The notes under the pieces are model-generated. The model had not been told where the DNA came from and searched no databases. It worked only from the letters and a program-made list of their open reading frames with translations. A stretch of DNA of 20,000 nt from Eremomyces bilateralis CBS 781.70 (Eukaryota), in the NCBI GenBank assembly GCA_010015585.1, contig ML975160.1. One strand, written 5' to 3'. How positions within the stretch are numbered: the stretch's first letter is position 1; each line of letters begins with the position of its first letter. This document shows, one piece after another, positions 1 through 7,148 of this stretch. The position numbers were made by a program, and so were the translations under genes.

Positions 1-813
1 ACAATATAGATAACTTCGAGAACCATCCTTCTTCTAGTTGTCTTCGAGGCAGAATTCGCGCAAAGGTACTAGAGGTACAATGAACTGGAGACTGAACTGG
101 ATTGATGTTGTTGGATTGAACCCAGTAATCGTGGTAATACTACACTTGTGAGTTGCGACTAAAGAAGATCCGAGGTTACGGCAGTTTTTGATATTTTGAT
201 ATTCCAACGAACGCAATGAAGAGAGAAGTGCTGGAGATTCTCTAGAACGCTGGATGTATAAGTACATGGAGTCTGCAAGACACACGAGTTTTCAAGTTCG
301 CTGAGGGAAAATGATATTTCCATTCGGACTTGAATCCGCTTGTCCGCTTTCACGAGCTGTGGTGAAAGAAAGGTAGGTACCTATGAACCATGCACATCCT
401 AGAAAGACCACCATTGAATATCACGATCTCCTAGCAGACAATAGTTTATGGACCACACTAAGAATCATGTCACCAGTCACAGGACCATGCACCACCTAGA
501 CAACCCACAACCCTTTACTATACAATACGGTGTCTACAACCCACCAATCATCTATTATAGGTTTTCCTGGGCTGCGTTCTCATTTCTTTCAAAAGGAAGC
601 GACTGGATATATCACCACAGCAGAGATCACATTCCTCACTCAATATTCAAACGATTTATGCTTCAACAAGCTCTTTTGATTGATCTATGAATAGCATCGC
701 TTCAAGAACTTTTGGGATGCTTCAAGGTACGTCAGGTCCGCTGCATGTGCTCAAACCGTTCCATACACCTTCCGCTGGGACACAACAACAGTGCTGAGAA
801 CCCATGGTATCGC

Positions 814-1448
814 TTAGTAGAAGAAGCCGATGATCTTGCCCGCGACATGCTTTCGCCTGGCCTCCTCGTGGTCCATGATCCCAGCCGAGGTGGTGAGGAC
901 AATGAAGCCGAATTGACGCGACGGCAGAAGCTGGACGACCCACTTCTCGAGGTCTTTGAGCTGGACGTTGTATCGCGGGCTGATGCAGCCGGTCTTGTTG
1001 ATGCTGGATCTTCTGTTAGCGAGACCGAACTACGAAGCGCATCGGAAAGGCCGAACATACCGTCCGTTGAGCTGGACCACGATCTTGCCGTTGCGGTGGT
1101 CGTCAATCTCCTCGAACTCGCCAATGTAGCCTGGAAACAGTCAGCATGTTTCGACATATTAAACAAACGTGCCGAATCGTAGTCGGCACACAGTGTGAGA
1201 TGTCGCAAAGTCAATCTCCCCGGAACTTAAAGGGCGAATAGCCATTTAATCGACCAAGCGCCTAGTTATCAACCGGGTGGGGGGAAGGGTGGAAGGGAAA
1301 ATCGTAACAACGTACCATGCTTCTGCATGACGCGCAGGAACTTGACGATGACCTTCGAGCTCGGTCGGATCAGGACCTGGCGCTTTCCCGACTTCTCGGC
1401 ATTGTTGATGGCGTTCAAGCAATCGTTGAGGACGGAGGTGCGAGTCAT
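814..1448 (-). CDS. rps22: 40S ribosomal protein S22 (uS8/S15a), 130 aa; coding exons 1448-1316, 1130-1061, 1003-814
   Basis: Spliced translation [130 protein letters not shown] is the typical eukaryotic uS8 sequence. Introns are 1315-1131 (GTACGT...GCTGAC...CAG) and 1060-1004 (GTATGT...GCTAAC...CAG). Exons sum to 393 nt. Confidence 0.97.
1144..1278 (-). ncRNA. snR44: Intronic box H/ACA snoRNA, snR44-like
   Basis: Lies in the unusually long 185-nt rps22 intron. Two hairpins (CCCGG...CCGGG; CGACAU...AUGUCG with inner GUGCCGA/UCGGCAC), an H-like box AGAUUGA (1217-1211) and an ACA box (1149-1147). Hairpin-1 pocket GAUAACU/UUUAA is complementary to the conserved 18S UUAAA-U-C-AGUUAUC (yeast Psi106 region). 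Both 3' pocket strands start 14 nt before their boxes. Yeast snR44 is hosted in an RPS22B intron. Confidence 0.85.
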
Positions 1449-1500
1449 GGTGTCGGTTGGACGCGGAGATTCTCAAAGGCACGTAGGCTATTTGAGGTAT

Positions 1501-1679
1501 CTGAAATCAGGTCCAGTTAGTGTCCTGTAGCCCAGAGCGTGAAGAGTACCCATTGCCAGAGCATTTGAATGGGTTCATCAACTCTGATCAAGGGACATAG
1601 AGTATCGCTGACGACCAGATATTGGCCGAAGAGCGATTTCCATGCCTGGCCACTTGAAGGGAGGATATCATAATCTTAC
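1501..1679 (-). other. 5'-UTR intron of rps22 (179 nt) with two long hairpins
   Basis: Donor AG|GTAAGA at 1679, branch CACTAAC at 1522-1516, acceptor TTTCAG ending at 1501, 52 nt upstream of the ATG. A 5'-UTR intron is also a known feature of yeast RPS22B. Confidence 0.75.
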
Positions 1680-1785
1680 CTCTGTATTAGTTTTGAAGTT
1701 TGTGAATGTTAAAAATCAGATGGAAGTTTGGAACAGGAGAAGAAGTAGAGACGGGAAATTTGAGTGCGAGAAGCGAGCCGCCAAG

Positions 1786-1868
1786 ACTTCGCGAAGTTGC
1801 CTAAGGCATGAATATTGGGTGGTACAAAGTAGAGGTGCCTCAGGTATAAACAATGTTGGTGCCTTACG
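1786..1868. promoter_or_regulatory. Palindromic motif cluster in the divergent rps22/LysM-gene promoter
   Basis: ACTTCGCGAAGT (1786-1797, perfect palindrome) abuts TGCCTAAGGCA (1798-1808). Related copies are TGCCTCAGGTA (1836-1846) and TGCCTTACG (1860-1868). Function is inferred from position only. Confidence 0.4.
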
Positions 1869-2050
1869 TTGCTTTCCTGTTCCACTCCTGTCTCATCGAT
1901 TATAGCAGCACCTGGGGAGGATCGAGAAGTCCAACCGACTATATCTTCGCATATCCTTTATCTTCTTAGCTGCAGTGCGGTGGATTCGATTCATCGGCAC
2001 AAGTGACGGCTATTATGTAATATCTGGCTTCCTTGATACGTTCCCGAGCG

Positions 2051-2903
2051 ATGTCTCTTGAAGAGTCCTGTTGTACCTGCGCCGCCTTCCTATCCTCTAT
2101 CCCTCCGACATACGATGAGAAGACGGAGAAGCCGGCACAGCATGAACGGCGGCTGGGATGCTGCGGCCGGGTAATATGTTCGCGATGTATCACTGACAAC
2201 CCGCGATTTGCGCAGTACTGTCCGTACTGTCAAACTTCGACTGCTGCGCCGTCACCGTCACTCGACCTTTCGGATCCTCCTGCGTACTCTCCACCGAGTC
2301 TGACTGCGACAGACATTGACGATGAGCTTCCTCCGCCTTACATAAATCCTGAAGGTGTCCAAGTTGGCGACGCGAAAGACGCTGCGCCTGCACCAGATGT
2401 ACTCCACTTCATAAACGCGGATCGAGACTCGATGTCTTCATTGTCCTTACAATACAACGTCCCAATCCAAGCCCTCCGACGAGCAAACGGGCTGTATTCC
2501 GACCACCTGCTCATCGCTCGACGGACCCTGCTGATTCCTGGCGAATTCTACAAAGGGGGCGTGAGCCTCAGTCCGCGGCCCATCGACGGCGAGGCAGCGG
2601 AGGCGCGTAAAGCGAAGATCCGGCGCTGGATGGTCGCCTGCAAGGTCGCTGAGTAGGTCCCTAGCTTTTCCGCCGCTGTATGGTCGGGTCCACAAGGTGG
2701 TGACTGACGAAAGTGTCGCCCCGGCGCATAGGTATGATATTGCGGTGTTATATATGACGCAGCACGACTATGACCTCGACGCGGCGGTCCATGCGTTTAG
2801 GGACGATGCACGGTGGGAATTGGAACATCCTATGGCTAGAATAACGGGTAAGGCGAAAGATACCTCGATCTCGTTCATGTCCCGTCTGAAGAGGGCGTTG
2901 TGA
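2051..2903 (+). CDS. Intracellular LysM-domain protein (RING-like Zn finger, 3x PPxY, LysM, UBA-like C-terminus), 257 aa; exons 2051-2652, 2732-2903
   Basis: ATG at 2051. Intron 2653-2731 (GTAGGT...ACTGAC...TAG) joins VAE|YDIAVLY in frame. LysM signature HFINADRDSMSSLSLQYNVPIQALRRANGLYSDHLLIARRTLLIP. Cys pattern CCTC...CCGRVICSRC...CPYC. No signal peptide or TM segment visible. Confidence 0.85.
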
Positions 2904-3929
2904 ACCCTTCCAAGAGGGGGTATGCGAGTTAGCGCTGGACGGCTACACAACATGCCTCTTCGCAAGGGACCGGCTCTGTCAAGAGGCTATTATTAGCTTA
3001 TACCGGTCCCTTTAAAGTTTCTATCCATGGTATCGACTTGCTATCCTCGTACTGAATACAACCTCTCCATCCGCGAGTACTTCTGTGATATCGCCAGCGA
3101 CTAGAATGACCTCAGCTAAAGTTCAACTTCACACCCCTACTTATCCAAATATACATATTCAATAACCTTCACCTCGCTCCGATACTATCTTTGAACTATT
3201 CCATGGGGTTTAGACGTCAGGTCGTGGAATCGTGGCTGCCGCGAACACGCCTATCAAAGCGCCTAGTGCGAGCTCTAAGAAGCCCCCTCAGCGCTTAACT
3301 TCCCACTCCGCGAATCAATCCTCCAACATTCCATCTCACAAACGCCCCGAGGAGATCGACCTTAAATGCTTGGAAACCGCAACTGCATGACACGGCCAAT
3401 CGGAATCCATCAGGGGAATCTTCACACTGTTCAAGCGTTTTAGTTGGGCTGCCCGTGCCGGAGGGTTGGTTCAGCGCTCAGGGGCGTACACAATACCTTC
3501 ACCTCTCTCTGGGTAGGGCGCTCGTTCGGCGCGCTGTCGCGGACGGGCGATGTTGCAATGGCTGTTTTCAGCATGGCGTCTAGGTTATCTGCACGTCTGC
3601 TGCATATCAGAGTTTCATTGTGGTGGTCGTCTAAGCGCCGTCGCACGCCACGGGTTGGGTTGGCTGGGTGTCTCAGGCGGGTAAAATCTGAGGCAATTGA
3701 AGTATTAGACCTTAGGACCCCCTCGAGATGCTTCCGTTTTGTCTTTAGCGAGTTTTGTTTGTCTCTTCGTTTTGGCTTCCTAGTTGAAGACCAATTTTTT
3801 ATTCATCATCTTGAGCGTGCTACCGGTTCTGTGAGCTGGACAAATCGCCACTTTCGATTCCATTGACATATTAGCCAAATCCTTTAATAACTTCGCATCG
3901 TCAACTTCTACGACCTCTTGTTTCCCAAA

Positions 3930-4700
3930 ATGGCCGTGGCAAACTTGTTATGGATAACACTCCTAGCGATCTCCGCATTGACGGTCCTTCTCGCCGGGGC
4001 GACCATTGGCTCGGCTGCCTACACGCTCCAGCAGTATAAGGATCAGAAGGCTCAAAACAACCCTTGGTGGCTACCGATATGGACCGACCATTTCGATTTG
4101 AACGGCACCAAGTCACTGATTGCGTCTGGATCGGTGTCGCTAGCGCTAGGCTTAGTCTACTTCCTCGCATTGGCGATTCCGAGAGTACGTATAACCTGGA
4201 CAGTAGTATCACATGGATCACTGACAGGTTACCAGTTCCAGGTTGCCGGCCGACCCAAACTTTCCCTCGCCATCGCATCAGCCACCGCGATCCCCAGCGT
4301 CGTCGTGTCCGTGTTTGCCATCGCATTCGTCCAGGTGCTGAACCAGAAGAGCCCTGACGTAGACACCATCGAATCGTGGACCTGTCGCTGGTCGCAAACC
4401 CCAGCGATCGCGAAGGAGCTGTCTGTGCCGGCGACGTTTACGAACGAGGGATTCGGCACGTTGTGTACGGCGAGCGTACGTGATGAACCCCTCCCCTTTC
4501 TTTAGAACTGTGACTCATCTGTGCATTAGAGATTCGCATTCGGTGCAACGGTCGCCATCCTTGCGCTGCAACTAGCGCTCGTATCCGTTGCGTTCATGGG
4601 GACTAGGGAGCGCTTCGCGATGGTTCCGCCTGCAGAGAAGGGCTCGCCTGATCAACAGAGCCTCGAATTTGCCCGTCACAGCCCTGTCGATGAACAATGA
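3930..4700 (+). CDS. Fungal four-transmembrane (MARVEL-like topology) protein of unknown function, about 221 aa; exons 3930-4184, 4236-4475, 4530-4700
   Basis: Good start context (AAAATGG) and four hydrophobic segments. Loops PWWLPIWTDHFDLNGT and DTIESWTCRW...FGTLCTAS|RFAF carry a Cys pair. Introns 4185-4235 (GTACGT...CTGAC...CAG) and 4476-4529 (GTACGT...TAG) keep the frame to TGA at 4698-4700. Confidence 0.75.
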
Positions 4701-5816
4701 GGCAGCAGGCCGCCCACAAGACAGAGGGATGCGGGCCAGCATCGAAGGTTTCCTGTCACCAAAGCTGTCTAGGCAGCAGATAGGAGTGAGTCGATATTGC
4801 GCGTAGGAGCAGTATCCATGTCCTATCAAGTGCACTTGGGATGGAACAGAATTACAGAAGGAATATCTTCATGAGACAGCGACTGCGGGTTGCATGTGAA
4901 GGAGTCGTGGCATGCTTGTATTCTATAATGATGTGCTAGGCAGAACGACCGGATGCTTTTGTTTCGACTGTACTGGGACCGGACGATGTTGGCGGGATAC
5001 GCCCTTTTGTGTCATACTTTCATGTCCCACCTCTAAGCCAGGATCGTGATATCTTTGTTACCTTGATAGGTTAGTGATTCCTAGAAAATGGACCATGCAG
5101 GCAGCCTGGCAAACAAATCCGTTGCACCAGAAACCGCAATTGTTCCTCGTACTCTCACTACTCTGTAGGCAGTGGCGCACGGGCGAAGCCAGGATGGCGT
5201 GGCTATGCATCTTGATATTGCATCAGAGCCACCTATCCGATAGCAGTTTCGACAACATCTGGCGGAATTTCCGCGAAATCCGAGGCTATGTCATGCACTG
5301 CCGGCATCCCGAATATTTTCGATCCCAACAAGGCCCGAGTTTCTCAAGATTGTTTCAAAAGACACAGGAATCTTCCAAATTCCAGTCATCCGGATTCGTT
5401 TTTCAGATGGATTCCAGCCCGGCGATTGGTGGAGAAGTGGAGAGGCAGTCACGGAAAAGTCACGCAACTCCAACGTCAAGTCACACGTCCGCCAGTGACT
5501 CACCCTTCTTCGCCCAACAGGTCAGTGACTGTGCCCAACTCCACCAAGAAGGTTTTTCGCCTTTGACTCGGCTCCTATCTCGGAGTAAAAAGACGCCATG
5601 TAAGTTATAAGTAGGGCCATGAACACCGCTTTCTTGATATCGGTTCAGAAAGCCTTTCTGTAGGTTTCAAAGCCTTCCAAATTCCCCCCCAATTTCCTAT
5701 GACCTATTTCCCCACCGTCATCATGTCTCCGTGCGAATAGACCATTCCGCATATTTCCTACCCTCTCTCAAGCCTTAGCCTCACGTCTTTCACCTTATAT
5801 CCCTCAACCCGTCACA

Positions 5817-6203
5817 ATGGGCTCCCGCCACAACCGCAAGCGCACCCGCAGTCGCCCCCGGAACCGCCGCCCCAGCCGCTCCTCCTCCCTCGACTCCCTC
5901 GACTCCGTCTCCTTCGACCCCGTCCCCTCTCCCCCGCTCTCCCCCTTTGCCTTCGCCCACCGCCCCCCCACCCACTGGCACGCGCAATACGCCGCCTGGC
6001 AGGCGCGCCTCCGCGTCGAGCATGACCGCGAGACTGTCGAGCATCCCCGCCAGCGTGCGGAGGTGGCGGCATCGGCTGTCGTGGATGCGCAGTGCGTGCG
6101 TGTGTTCGGAGGGCAGCTAGGGGAAGAGCGGAGTTTGTGTGAGCCGATGCTGAGGGTGGTAATGGGGTTGTTTGATGGGTGTGTGGATTACGATGATCCC
6201 TGA
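5817..6203 (+). CDS. Small hypothetical protein, 128 aa, with Arg-rich N-terminus and Ser/Pro-rich segment
   Basis: Strong fungal start context (CACAATGG), pyrimidine-rich leader and strong C/G third-position bias. Sequence MGSRHNRKRTRSRPRNRR...SLCEPMLRVVMGLFDGCVDYDDP. No recognised domain. Confidence 0.6.
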   Translation: MGSRHNRKRTRSRPRNRRPSRSSSLDSLDSVSFDPVPSPPLSPFAFAHRPPTHWHAQYAAWQARLRVEHDRETVEHPRQRAEVAASAVVDAQCVRVFGGQLGEERSLCEPMLRVVMGLFDGCVDYDDP

Positions 6204-7148
6204 AAGGAAGGGGGATCGGGCCTCGTTCATGCAAGTGAGGGGCTGCGTTGCTGAAATATCATCTCCGCTCTGCGATTGACGTTGTCGACCTGGAGGGATG
6301 CTGGCGATGACTCGGTATGAGTAGGACCGCGCCTTTTGGCGATGGACTGGGTCCATCGATACCAGGCTTGATGCGAACTGTGTTGTCATCCGAGACTCAC
6401 ATCCAACGGCCAACCTCGAGTTGCCTACGCACCACAACCACCACCCCGGAGTACTCGGCCTCTATTCCATAACACCCGAACCAACCACGACACTCCTTTC
6501 TCTTTCTCTTCTCCCATTCCCCCCCTCTTCCAGAGACCAAAACCAGGCAGAGGCGTGGGATCCCCTGAGCGAGGCTCGCAGCAGTCGCCCCACAACGCGA
6601 TGGCCACCAAAGCTCTTCCCTAGAAACTCTGCCGCTTTGCAAAGACCCCGATCAATAGTTAAAAAGTCGAAAAGTTAAACATCCCCGTGAGCCGGGCGAA
6701 ACCCTCACAGTTGGACACATTGAGGATAAGACCTGAGGGGCGCGACGGGCGGGGGTGGTTTAGTTTAGTTTTGTTTTCGTTTCTTGGTGGAGGGCTGGAT
6801 GCTCGTGGGCCAAAAGTCTGCTAGAGCGTCGCCGGATTGTTTTTTGCGTTGGAGGAGTTGGGTCTTTGCATGAGCTGGTGAGGTGTCTGGAGGAGTGTCG
6901 GGAGGGTATACATAGAGCTACATTGGAAGAATGAAGATCGCATTGTTTTCGGAATCAATCTCAACATCTGATGGTGACCGCTAATTGATGAATTCACGTT
7001 GGTATATCGCTAGCTCATACTGTACATGCCATGCGTAATGAAGATCTATTATCCACGACCGTTCCCTAGCATGTAACTATTACCATCAGCATCGAACGGC
7101 GTTCAAAGTCATGTCTCATAACGTCGCGATGTAACGCTCCAAGGGTAT

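Noticed and set aside
1..700. Short ORFs at the left edge (34-285, 159-353, 448-690)
   Set aside because: No motifs or convincing splice structure; probably intergenic or UTR sequence of a gene outside the window.
712..1530. Plus-strand ORFs 712-1182, 1317-1520, 1327-1530 and minus-strand ORF 732-1214
   Set aside because: Antisense or off-frame shadows of the codon-biased rps22 exons.
1505..1582. Possible box C/D snoRNA (UGAUGA ... CUGA) in the rps22 5'-UTR intron
   Set aside because: The candidate D box lies downstream of the branch point, the C-like sequence is paired inside hairpin B, and I recognised no rRNA antisense element.
3444..3866. 140-aa plus-strand ORF upstream of the 4-TM gene
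   Set aside because: TTG start, no coding bias, and it runs through a T-rich promoter or leader region.
5074..5610. 178-aa and 92-aa plus-strand ORFs
   Set aside because: No recognisable motifs or codon bias; the region looks like the promoter of the gene at 5817. Coding is not strictly excluded.
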